From NCBI GenBank assembly GCA_036172245.1, contig JAYWIR010000041.1, positions 62,001-126,000 on the forward strand: a DNA stretch of 64,000 bases, written 5' to 3'. A model generated the notes under the pieces. That model was given only the letters and a program-made list of their open reading frames with translations, did no database searches and was not told the origin of the DNA. Source of the DNA: Raillietiella orientalis (taxonomy: Eukaryota). Below are positions 50,390 to 62,084 of this stretch, piece by piece (positions within the stretch are counted from its first letter, which is position 1; each line of letters opens with the position of its first letter). Both the position numbers and the translations under genes were made by a program.

Positions 50390-52443
50390 CTGGAAGAGGG
50401 AAAAAGAATTTCATTTACCATCATTTCTCCTGCGAGGAGGAGGAAACAGGGCTTTTTCTTGCGTGCGAGAGCCGTCGGAGGGAGGAAAGATTCCGGGAAT
50501 CCCGGAGAAGTGGGGAAGACATCTGTGTCTGGAGCGGTTCAGTGCAAAAGGGTATGCCGTGTCAGAGAGCTGGCTTTCGACAGGGAGCTGGACCGCGATC
50601 TCGCTTCCTCATGGGATGAGATCCTAAACTGTTGCTCGACCGTCTGCAGGAAGCTGCCCCCTTCATCGGTCTGTAGGAAGCGCACGGGAATCGGAAAACG
50701 GATTTCGTTCCCTCGGGTAGATTTGGCTATTTGGTCAGATGCCACGGCCGACTCAGCGCATCGAGGATCAAGTCGCGATACAAAGATAAAGAATGAACAG
50801 TTCTTTCCTCGATCCGTGCTGCACTACGTAAACTTCTTTCGTGCTCCCTGAAGCAAAGACGTGAAAATGAGACAGAAGGAGGCAGAGGAGAGTGAAGCAG
50901 GAGATGTATCTGAGGATTAATTTCGATTCCTCCGGGAGGCCGACTAGAAAGGATGAAATTTTCATGGAAACCCGTAAAGTGAGGCTGTTAGAGAAAAATC
51001 CCTTCAAGGAAGTGTTTTTTTCTTGGAGCGCAATGAAATTTTCACACAAAAAGATCTCTTGAGAGAGAGAGAGAACAGCAGTAGCATCATCATCAACAAC
51101 AACAAGAACAAAAAAAAAAAACACCTTCTGTGTTGGGACTATGGTTGGTCCAAGGAAATCCTGCAGATTCCTTCCTCACAGCTGCCTAATGAGATGCGCA
51201 AACGAAGGGTTCAAACAAATGGGAAGCGATAAGAGGGAAGCAGCAGCAGCCAGGAATCTGCGCTCTGGTGCTAGGCAGCCGCCGAGACACTTGCAGAACA
51301 ACTTCACGTGTTGTTTCGTTTTCAAACGTCCAAGTGCTCTGCGTGATCCACGGAGAGCACTGCGCTCGGGAAAACAAGTCTGAAGCTAGTTCATCAAAAT
51401 GTCGATGGCAGACGTCTTTCGAGGAATGCCACTGGTTTCAAGAGTTGGCCGCGCTCACGTTTCGCTTTCAACTTTGGCCATATCTCCACTACAGGAAAAC
51501 AAGGCGATTAATCTTATAAAATCGGATATACGAGATGGAAAGACCACTTCATGACCAAACGCACACGGAATAAGGAACCATTTGTCATCTTGTCGGATAC
51601 TATTTCGGAGTCTCATCGGTCTTAGAGCCTCCACGTAGAATCGCCGTCCAATATTCTAAACGGACATGTAGAGGATTAGGATTAAGATGGGAGACGAAAA
51701 TTTCCTCTTGGAGTTTTCACAAAAAACAAATCTTGACCCAGAAACTGCAGCCAATAGTCTTAGAGCTAAAGGGTCGCAACAAGAATGAATAATGAGACCG
51801 GATGGAGATTTCCTTTCCTCTGAAGAAGAAGGAATTGGAAAGAGGAAACAAAAGGAAATTAGAGGCTCAGTTCTTCCTCAGGATAAAGTTCCTGAAATCA
51901 ACGCTTCCAGATGGTCATTACAATCAGAAAATTCGAAACTGGAGAAGAACACGGTGGAGCAAACGAATTTTGTGAATGCATCGGAAATCTAGGAAACCAA
52001 CAAACCGAGCAGCTGCCCTCTGAAGTGCCACCCGAGACTCGCGAGGTGGCCCGAGGTCGCGGAAAGCATTGGTGTCCTGAGTATTGGGAACCGCGCTGGT
52101 CAGTTGCGATACTTTTCTCAAGTCTCCGGCCGTTAATTTCCCTTCAGTGTATGAAGACAACAGTGGAAGTGAAACAGAAGACTGTGTGCAGTTACGATTC
52201 CAAGATAAAATCTTTCGTGCATTTCTATCGTCTCAGAGTCGGTGCGGGAAAACGCAAAACTGCACTCTTATGAAGTATTTTTCAGAGGTTCGAGAGTAAC
52301 GAGCCTGACTTTATCGTGCAAATCTGCCTCTGTTTTCTCCTCTTGGGACCAAAAAGCAGAAAGCCATTGAGGGCTGTTTGGTCGCCTTCAAAGAGCTCGG
52401 GTTCAAACTGTTATCAGAGCATCAAAGGTCTCAGTTGACATAC

Positions 52444-52595
52444 CGAAACTTTCGCATCTGTCAGCCGTGTTCCATTCAAGAACCAGACAATGGAAGGAGG
52501 AGGTCTAGACCCTGTGACCTCACACAGTATTTTGTGTACCTTGCCAGCAGAAAGCCCATTGGAGGACTTGGAAATGGAGGTGTGCAGAGGAGGCA
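52444..52595 (-). CDS. Sidestep-family gene exon: Ig3 first half
   Basis: ttttcag|TG ... TCG|GTATGT, 152 nt. PPLH...LSAGK...ILCEVTGSRPPPSIVW. Confidence 0.9.
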
Positions 52596-52967
52596 CTGAA
52601 AAGAAATGGTATCAGTGAGTTACGAATACTCTGAAAGTCATTCCATATTGAAGTTCACTCATTGAAGAGAACTTCAATGAGTAAGGTTAACGCGAATTTT
52701 AAGCTACTGCAAAATGTTTTCCCTTAATATAGGATTGTCATTAAATGGCTAAGGCATTTCCGGATGGCCGTATAGAACGATACTGGATTTACATGACTGA
52801 AGATTGTCTAAAGTCCTACTTCAATGAAGAGACTCTAATTTATCTGCAAAAATTCTTTTTTTTTTTTTTTTTAAAAAAAAGGAAAGATTCGATTTTGGGG
52901 CCTTAGTTCTCATCATTCAAAAATGCATTATTATTATACACATAATATGAAGCTAAAATATACTTGC

Positions 52968-53162
52968 AATACATATCCAATGTCACTGTAGCACTTTTCG
53001 TAACATTAGTGTTTGATGCATGGCAGGAAAGCTGGGAATATAAATCTGCTCGTCTAAGATGTGGAATGGAAATGTCGTTGCTGGACGTCTCTTCTTTGGT
53101 CTCGTAAGTTCCATCTATCATTTCGCCATCCCTCCACCATGACAGATGAGGAGGTGGTCTAC
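52968..53162 (-). CDS. Sidestep-family gene exon: Ig2 second half (most 5' exon found)
   Basis: tttatag|GT ... TAT T|GCAAGT (GC donor), 195 nt. GRPPPHLSWWRDG...IPHLRRADLYSQLSCHASN...VTLDMY. Confidence 0.9.
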
Positions 53163-55949
53163 CTATAAATTAGGACTATTTAAAAGGGTGTACAGCAGCC
53201 AGGGCAGGAAATGCAGAAATGTAGCTTAATATATGGATGGAAGCAGTCCTTCGATTCAAGTCTTCACCGCAATTAAGTTGTTTACTGATCTAACAAAACT
53301 TATTTATGGCTGGGTTACGAGAACATGGGACTCTTCTCTGACAAAAGGTATTCATGGATTTACTGTACAAACATTTGCACACCGCACACGCCTTCGTATG
53401 AAACCCCACTTCAAGCGAGCAAAAGATCAATTTTGCTCTACATATTTTTTTGATCGGCTCATACGTCCCTCAGGAGACCCTTTAAGTCACAATGGAATCA
53501 AATACTGTGCAGCACATGCAACGAGCCAGAGAGCTGGAGTCCGTGTTTTGGAAGCACAGACTATGCCCGGTCCCACACGCACCTCAAGGGCTGGTTTTTA
53601 GCTTTCGAAGGCTTCCAACTAAGTGATGTTGATGTCCTTTCTCTTTCGGTAGAGAATCCATTATTCCCCACGTTCAGCTCCTTAGCCCTTCTTCGCCAGA
53701 GGAATAACGCGAGGAATGACATTCCAACCTGTTCATTATTCACGATCGAAAACTCCCCCGTTTTTTTTTCAGGTAATAAATAGATGGAGGAAGCCGCTCA
53801 TCAGAACCAAATTGCAGCAACAAGCTTGCCGTACATCGTACAGCTGTACGAGATTGGGTATACAAGAATATGAAGCGTAGAAATGCAAAGAACAGCGGAA
53901 AACTCTTGTTCTATCAGGTCTGTCTAACGCTGCTCTGCTTCTCTCAAATCTCATTATGGGTCTGAAATCAGGAAGCAGGCTGCTCCTTCATTCCTAGCAT
54001 ATGCTATGATTCTCACGTAAATGTGTTCCATGTGGGTTTTTTTCTTCTTTCATTTGAAATCCTGATAACTGAGACGTTATCGACGGCGTTTTTCCTATGG
54101 CTCCTTCATTCTGCTGTATTATTACTTGCACAAGTCCCGTTAACGTGCAGTGATTGATAGTTATTTCTAAAAAGTCTCAGCAATTGGTAGTACATTGATA
54201 TTTTCTTAATGAAGACTAAGATTACATATCTCAATATCAAATCTCGTACTCAGTTCATTCACTGGTTGCCTCAAAAAGCTGATCCAGTGCGTGCCAAAAA
54301 AAAGGAAAAAAGTAGAGAATGAGAGAGATTCGAAGTCCTTGGGGTTCAAAAGACATCCCGATTTCGGGTTAAAGAAGGTGGTCGCTGACCTCAGTTTTCA
54401 GCCTAATGTGTTCCTCCAAAATTTGTGTTCCGCCAAGTTGAAATAAGACGTATTCATCTGCTGTTATAGCTTTCTATGTGCTAATATTATTAATCCCTTT
54501 AACAAATTGGATGAGGAATTTTTTATTGTGGCCTTCAGAAAATAATGCCTCATTCAAAATCCAAGAAGAATAACGATCAGTTTCTGTAAAGGGTCTGCAG
54601 TTTTTGAATTACTAAGATTTCTGTTGAATCCAGTTTGCATCCACCATTTGGAGCTTCCATTCAGCATAGGCGTCTATTTCATATTTTGGGAACTAAATTA
54701 TTGCTCCTGTGATCTTCCACTTCCTCTAAATTATTGCAAGTGGGCGAAAAGTCCTCTATCGCAAGGAGTTTCTGACACAATGGAAGGCTTGTCTACTTTT
54801 TCCGCCATGCAGCATTAGCAATTCGGAATGCAAAATAGAGAAAGGGACACGTGTATTCAAAGGTCGTTGCAGAGTCATCCTACCAGATACTGTGATGACG
54901 AAGACATGAATTCACAGTGTATTCAACCCGTAGCACAAGAAGAGGAATTCAGGGAAAGCCAACGAACATCTTCGCAACCGAGAACGACGGTATCTGAGAG
55001 GAGTGAGCTCGTAGCTGACCAGCTTGCTTGAGCGCACATTCTTCCCCCTCTTCCAAGTCTTTTAGGTTGCATCATTTACGGCTTCCGGGCGCGGCGTAAC
55101 CATTCCGCCATGTCTAAACGCTCTCCACTGTTCAGTAGATGGAACCCTCCATTTCTCCGCAATTTATCTTTAACGTGAATTCCGCTGGCATGCGTCGGGA
55201 AAAAAAATTCTGAAGGGCTGCTCAGCGCGTTCGTAAAACAATAAAACCGTCCTACTGCTAAATGAGTTCTGCTTCTTATTACAGCCGTTTCAGTGGTTGC
55301 CTGTGGATGCTTCATCCCCAATATTCAAAAATTTTATAGATCCTTTTTTTTTTTTTATAGATTTTATAGATCTACTTTTCTCGTTAAGGATACAAGGATA
55401 GATTTTTTTCTTTTTTTGCAAAATCTGATACAGAGGGCAGCCCTAGTGGAATTGCTAGTACCGAAACTAACGATGGAGTGAATGCATAGTGTAATTTTCC
55501 TCCAAATTCTTTTCTCAGTAAGTGCTCGTGGATAAAAGAAAAGGGATCAAAGGCAAAAACAAAAGGTCACGTCCACCTGCGCAACTGAATCCACTCTACT
55601 AGGACGGCATCCCGATATTTTCAGAAGCTGGCAGAAAGTGCACTCGTGGAAGTCCAAGAAGTGATTACATGCAATGCATACGCTGTCTTAAACACTGACG
55701 CCTCGGTCTTTCCGAACTCAACGGAATCTCACCGATAAGCAACGAAACTGAAAGTTTGCCCGTATCTCTGTAAGCTGAGATCCATTTGTCCATACACGAA
55801 ATAGACAACGGAGCAACTACAAAATCTATTCCGGTTCGTTTCCTTCAAAAAGACAAAAAACATTGCGCTGACCATTCAGCATCTCATTCCCTAAATACTG
55901 AATGGCTCTTGCATGTCTATGAAAAGGATGGGATCTGATCACTGCTCTG

Positions 55950-56490
55950 GTTTTCTAGGTCCATACTCGTCGGCGTCCACCAAATCCGTATACAAGTACC
56001 CCAAGGTGTCTCGCATATCTTTCCTGGTAAGACAAGACCAAACAAGGATGCTGGGCTAGATGAAAGAGCAAGATAGGATGTGTCTTATGTACATCTGTAC
56101 GCATTATCACGCCTAAGCGGTTCCCATGTTTTAGCGTTCTTTCGGTTGATTTTCATCACAAATGTCCACGCTTGTCGACCTTTTTTTTTTTTTTTTTACC
56201 AGTAGGCATGAGATCGTCGGAGGCAAGAGGAGTAAAGCATCCAACACAGGATGAAAAAGTCCAGAAGACACGCTGGCGGGTGCGTGCAAAGAAAGAAAAA
56301 AGGCTTTGCGAATCAACGAGAGAAGTGGTTATCGAAAAATATCTTCTAAATGACTGCTTGTTCCCAATACCTGCATGGTACCATAAAGTGGAGCTGTTGA
56401 TTAAGAGAGATTTTCTTTGTGCCGGATATGTAAGATCACCTCTCTTAATCAATATTTATTTTCTTAACGAGAACTGTCCAGTTCACTAAA
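55950..56490 (+). mobile_element. Decayed non-LTR RT fragment
   Basis: LDERA-DRM (~LDxEKAFDRV, ~56056) and AGYVRSPLLINIYF (~QGxxLSPLLFNIY). Confidence 0.4.
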
Positions 56491-57499
56491 TCCAGCCCCA
56501 CATCACCTTTATTCAATCAGAGTGGGCTTATTGAATCATCAAATCAGGAATTGTTTCTTATATAAAGCTCCTTTTCTTTCGTTCTTGCATGTACCCATTT
56601 CCTTAATCCCCGTATCATCAGTCCAGTATTCCAAAATGCATAGTTTGAATCTAATTTTTGCTCCTCAGTAAGTCTTTCTCTCGGTTTTTCTCGAACTACT
56701 TGGCATTCTCCCTTTGAAGCTGTCTGGAGAGCATTCCAGAAGCCTGATGAGATCCTTGTTTCGTGTTGTTCCGAGCAATCAGAGACAAAGTCGGAGCTCC
56801 AGCAAATCGCATAGTAAGTGAGCCGGCAGTTTTCCTCTGTGCATGAATCAAGCGATGCGCGTCATCCGATGTCTATCAGAAGCTTAGGATGTCTTAGGAG
56901 CTTCCAGCATCAGCCACTTTTCCCGCCGCGGAGGAGTGGTATTCAGTTATTGCGCTTTTTCCATTCATTTTCAAGTCTATTTGGCTGCGGTGTTGCGACT
57001 GTTTCTCGTTTTCTATTATAGACGCGACCACAGAGCAACAGCAGTTACTGTAATGCTTGCACCAGGACACGGATTTACAGTCAGAGGTTTCCGCTCCGTA
57101 GCTTTTTCTGAATTCTGCACAAATTAAGTCGTTTTTGACGAGAACGCTCCCATCTTCATTCGAACTGCCTTTTTTGTGTGAAGATCCTTGTCTCTTTGGA
57201 ATACAAGCTGCCTTGTGAATAGACTTCGGCAAACACGTTTAGATCCTGATTTCAGAAATCATGCACTTTTCTTCGAGATAAACAGACTCCATAGGATAGT
57301 AGGATCCTTCCAGGAAGAGACGAAACTCCTCCTCTTCTAGTGTCCACCCTCACACGTGTCTCGGCGGCAGTGATCCGATCAGAGTTTCTCATGAAACTAA
57401 GCGTGGCCTGCTGTATGTGAAGTATATGAATCATAGAACCATCTAATCTTCTGATAAGATGATCGTGCCACTAATGTTGAAACACAAGTTGAGGAGTAG

Positions 57500-58150
57500 C
57501 ATTGGGAATGAGCTTGAATGTCAAGATAGGAACCAAGGCAGCTTCCTTAAACGACACTTCAGAGAGATTAGGGAAATTCCCGAGAGCATGTTCGGTGTTT
57601 CGGGGTGATTTGTATTCTTTTAAAAGAAACAGCATCTTGATGAGAAGATGGACTACTTGCCAGTAACGCAGAGAACAGTTCGGGACTCCAGGTGCAAGGT
57701 CATCTATTAGGAAAGCAGAAAATCAAGCACCAAAAACATGTGACCCTCCTGTCTGTTTGTCGCAAGCGAAGTAACTGCTCTGCGCTTTATGCAGACCATC
57801 CTTCCAGGATCGCTCATAAAGACGACCGTGATATCCTGTCTATAGAATACGCCTGCTTGCAGAGAGTATCCAAGGTGACTCCTGTTCAGATGCTCTATTC
57901 TAAGCTCCAGCACAATCCTACTCGCATTAGGATTAATGGGATCAGCAGTGGGAAGCACAAATACTCTCCCTGCTTACTCCCTTGTATCTGCGGTGTTCAT
58001 GTCACTGGTGCTACTGAATGGGAAAACTGGATGATTCCGGACTGATTGATTTTTCCAGTCTCCGATCCTCTTACTATGTGGTAACAATGAGCTTCGTCTT
58101 CCTGATCCATCATTCCTATTGGGACTGCTCAGGAGCTGGTCTGTTGCTAC
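57500..58150 (+). mobile_element. Second decayed non-LTR RT fragment
   Basis: FREIR (~YRPI), LYAD...DRDIL, MLYS...IRING, SPCLL, in RT order. Confidence 0.35.
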
Positions 58151-60099
58151 AGATAAACAGGTTCCACCTTCTTTGGGAATTGTTTCACAAGACTTCCAAG
58201 AGATTGCATCGTTGGGGCTGATCGCCCGGTAGCCAATAGCTGAGACAATGGATTCATCGATGCATCTTATTCTTTCTTAAAGGAATCCTCATGTTTTAAT
58301 CCCTCCTCGATTCGGCAAAGATAAGGCTTCCCCTCGGTTTCAGATTAGAAGTTCAGAATACAGTTCAGACTGCATCGCTTTTTCAGGATGAAAATACAGC
58401 AATATTCATATTTCTGCCGCAGGGAACAACCGCCGGAAAGAGAAGAGGGTAGTTTTCATGGTGAGGCGAGGTGCAGAAGAGAGCTGAGTCCATCAGGGAA
58501 TCCTAGATTTTTAGCTTTTCCTTGATCTTTTCTCTGGGCACTTACTGTGATAAGAAATGCTGTCAGTAATTGAGAATGGCTGCAAGCTATTTTAGGTCTG
58601 TTGGCAGAAGAAATTCGAAACGAATGAGGGGAAAAAGTTGAACACGCTTTTGCCCTCTCATTCTCAGGAATCCAAGTTGACACGATTGTCATAAGCTCAT
58701 TGGAACCTCGGGATCCAAAGAACGACGATGCTCATCATGAATTCCCAAGAAGGAACATGAACTAGCTCAACAAGCTGATGGGGTCGTCCAGCAGAAGAGG
58801 CGTCTGCCTACTGGACGCAGGGGATAGGACACCTTTCAAACAACCAAGTGCAGCAACCACGAACCTTTGAAACCATTCGAAAACGAAAAATAAGGGAAAC
58901 CGGCTTGGTGCATGGGTGAAAACTCCTAATGCCCCAAGGAAGGTCGAGGTCTCGTGCTGAGGAGGTGGATCAAGGTGAATCTGTCTCTTTTCAAGAAGTT
59001 GTAGTTCCATTCTTGGATGCCTTTTTCAGGCAAGCCCTTTCCCAACAACAGCGAATCTGAGCAGAAGTCCCACCCTTGCCTTTCTCTACGTAATCGCAAG
59101 ATCCTCTGCGAAGTCTCGTGGTCCTAGGCGGGGAACTGGTACCTAACTTTAGGGTCATGTTTTGCCATGACTGCTTCGAAAACTTGAATGACCTCTTCAT
59201 CAATGCTCATTCCTTCTTGCACGCTGCTTTCTCGGGATTCATTCGGAATTTCAAAGCTGCTAGTATGAAGGGTAAGCGGCTTTGATATTCAACGTATTCA
59301 AGCGTGAACTTGACGTGTGCGAACACGGAAGCGTGCAGACCCATCTTCCCATCTTCCGCGCACGCTCATTGCACAGCCTGAGAGCTTTGACCATGAAATT
59401 AGCGGGGTGCTAAGTAACTCGAATGCTTGCTTTCAGAGCTTTCGATCTATTCGAGGTAGGATTCTTCGAGGAATAGCATTTTCCAGGAGATGATTTCCAT
59501 ACAGCAGTGGGGGGGGGGGGGAGAAGGGGGGCTCCGTGAGAAAAAAAAGTCATTATCCCCAGGGGATTTTCCATTTCATGTGAGGTTCACAAGTTCTTTC
59601 TGAGGGCAAGAGTTTCCATCGGCGTCGCACAATGGAAAGCCTTCGTTTTTTAAAATTCCCGGTTTCCTGGCAGCATCCGTGATTAGGAATGGATTCGCTT
59701 CATTTGAAACCAAGAAAAGCAGTTTCATTCCTTTCTGGTACGATTTTTGTTTATCCACAGTTCCCTGAATTCCCAACAGAAATTTCGAAATTGCTTCTAT
59801 TCCCGGCATCACTTTGGGAAAAAATACTTCATTTTCCAAAGATGAAAGCTCCCTTTACTAATCCAATGTGAGAAAACCTGTTCGATAGACCAAAAGCACA
59901 AGAGATGCCTTTTCTTGTTTAGTTTTCTTCACTTACAAGAGCATGGAGATGGTAAGTGGATCAAGAAGTGGATGGTAGTGCACGCCAGCATGCAGCATAG
60001 CCGTGACATACATTCCTGCCAGAATGGACAACTGTCAGCTAACTCTCACCAGATGACTAGATGAAGAAAACTCTGAAGAATTCTATCTGAACGTCCAGT

Positions 60100-60750
60100 A
60101 TATGAACTAAAGTTGCTAGGAACGAATAAGAGGTTGCCCAAGCAACGGTGCACCATCCTTAGGAAGAGGAATGCTCATGAAAGAGTCCTTCTCTTTGCAC
60201 AGCACCGAGATCTCTATGATAAGAAACCTTATCAATTAACGTCGCTTTCCTATCCCATCCTGTAAGCAGCAACCGACTCCTCTTTTCTCATTCCGCAAAC
60301 CAAATCGAACCAAGGTGACAAGTGGTATCACAATCAATTTTTAGGTTTTCGAGTTACTAAGGATTGGAGAGCGCAATGGTCCTTTACTGGAACTTTCTAT
60401 TTTCTCACTCGTCTGGTCCTTTCCTCTTCGATTTTCGCAAAGCAGGATTGGAGTCAGAGAAAGGATTTCAACCGATGTTTCGGGACGAGACTGATGTTTC
60501 GAGAAGATGGTGCAAAAAACGGACTTCATGGGATTTGAATTCCATTGATCTTTAGTGAGATTTCTCGTTTGCAAACTCTAACGGCTCCCTGTAGCGAAGA
60601 GGTGATAAATGCAAAAGGGAGCCTGTCATTTTATCTTGATTTTGTCTTCCACGTTTTTTAGTAAAAGGAGAAATCATCCTTGGCTGAGCGCTCTGAATCT
60701 CTTGGGTATCTTGGCTCTTGAATATCCTTGGTTGAGCTGGGCTGCAGCGC
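60100..60750 (-). mobile_element. Decayed Penelope-like RT fragment
   Basis: PRIF..KIPK (~PxFYxLPKIHK), KSVFCTI (~SLFTNI), KGPLRSPILSN (~MGSPLSPxLAN), RR-IDKV (~RYIDDV, ~60235), in order. Confidence 0.55.
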
Positions 60751-61545
60751 CACTGCTGAGTTATCTCGGCCACTGCTGAGGCGGCACGCGAAAATCTTGC
60801 ACTTAGCAATTCCGAGTCCTCAAAGCAGAGATTTCTGTAAAGTTGCAGAAGGAAGCGCTACTAGGAAGGCCAGAAAAATCACTGGCATTTACTCAGACAA
60901 AAGGCATTCAGACAAAAGTCCACATCAGATATTCAGCAACAACTCTTGGGCAGTTGGGTGGAGCTATTCGTGGCTGCTTTAAAAACAGGTTACTCGTAGC
61001 CGAAGGAAAAAAGGGGAGGCGAGTCATCCAGGATAAACGATATTCTGACTCACTGCATCCAGACATCTGCCACTTGCCTTCTGTTCCTCCAAGAGCTTAG
61101 CATCGACTTAACTGTGCTCAAAGACTGTACCCATGGATAGAGAATTTCCTCTAATGGATAATTCGCTACCAGTCCTTTTTTCATGCTACCATGAATGATA
61201 TTTTGTATTTCCTTTTTAGCACCATCAAAGTCATCTGCTCAGGTCTCTTTATTTTCTTCCATAACATCAATGCATGTAATTCTAATAGTAGTTAGCGCAT
61301 TTTCAGGAAACCAATCTAATAATTTTACTGATTTTTCCTGGGTTTCTTGTGTTGAGTCAGGAAGATTCCCGTCAAGAACAGGATTTCAGTTCAGATTAGC
61401 CTTTTCAATTCACCTACGGTACTAATATCCTACATGTTAATTGATAGAATTCTGTTATCTACAATGATACCTCTCAAACCTGTGATTTCATTTTTGATTA
61501 AGCCTCCCGCTACACCGGAACCCCAAGACTTGGCTGGAGTCCTTA

Positions 61546-62084
61546 CTACTGCCACCAAGATCAATGCGGACGGCAGCTCCGGGCAAACTCACAGCCGAGT
61601 ACATTCGCACACATGTCGCTACCCTTCTACTCTCCAGACCCTGAGGAAACTGTGGTCTTCCTCCGATGATAGCTCTGTTGTAGGGCGGGAACCAGGACTT
61701 CGAGTGCGGGTCCCAGAAGTGTCTCGAAAGTGTGGGTGAGAGCTCGACGCTTGAGAGTCATCGATTTTCAGGGCCGTTTGGCTTCGGCAGGCGAGCTGTC
61801 GCCGATGCTCCTTAGCATGTCCACGGCTGTCGCTGGCCTGCTGTCCATGCCTACCAACACCTTGCATGGGATCCACATCCAGAGAGTGAACGATGAGGCA
61901 ATCCGGTGGCCCGGCGTTCGGTCCGTCTCCGCAGATCCGGCTCTGTCCACCAGGATGGGCACTCGCGAATCCGGCAGTCCGAGCTTCAGCGTTAGGGCGA
62001 ACAGCATTTCTCACTCTTTTGAAGTGCAGGAGATCATTTCGACCATTCCTTTTAGAGGTCGAGACGGTTTTCCTTTCACTCTCA
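61546..62084 (-). repeat. Dispersed repeat copy 2 (ORF1-like fragment; partner of 15386-15906)
   Basis: Long near-identical stretch, e.g. TTGAGAGTCATCGATTTTCAGGGCCGTTTGGCTTCGGCAGGCGAG, shared with 15566-15610, in the same orientation. Confidence 0.85.

Noticed and set aside
55330..55372. TTTTATAGAT repeated three times
   Set aside because: Short slippage repeat beside a poly-T run; no spacers and not CRISPR-like.
55729..55800. Candidate upstream Side exon ending RCLS|GTGAGA
   Set aside because: The Cys-containing frame is phase 0, incompatible with the phase-1 acceptor at 53162, and shows no Ig2 motifs.
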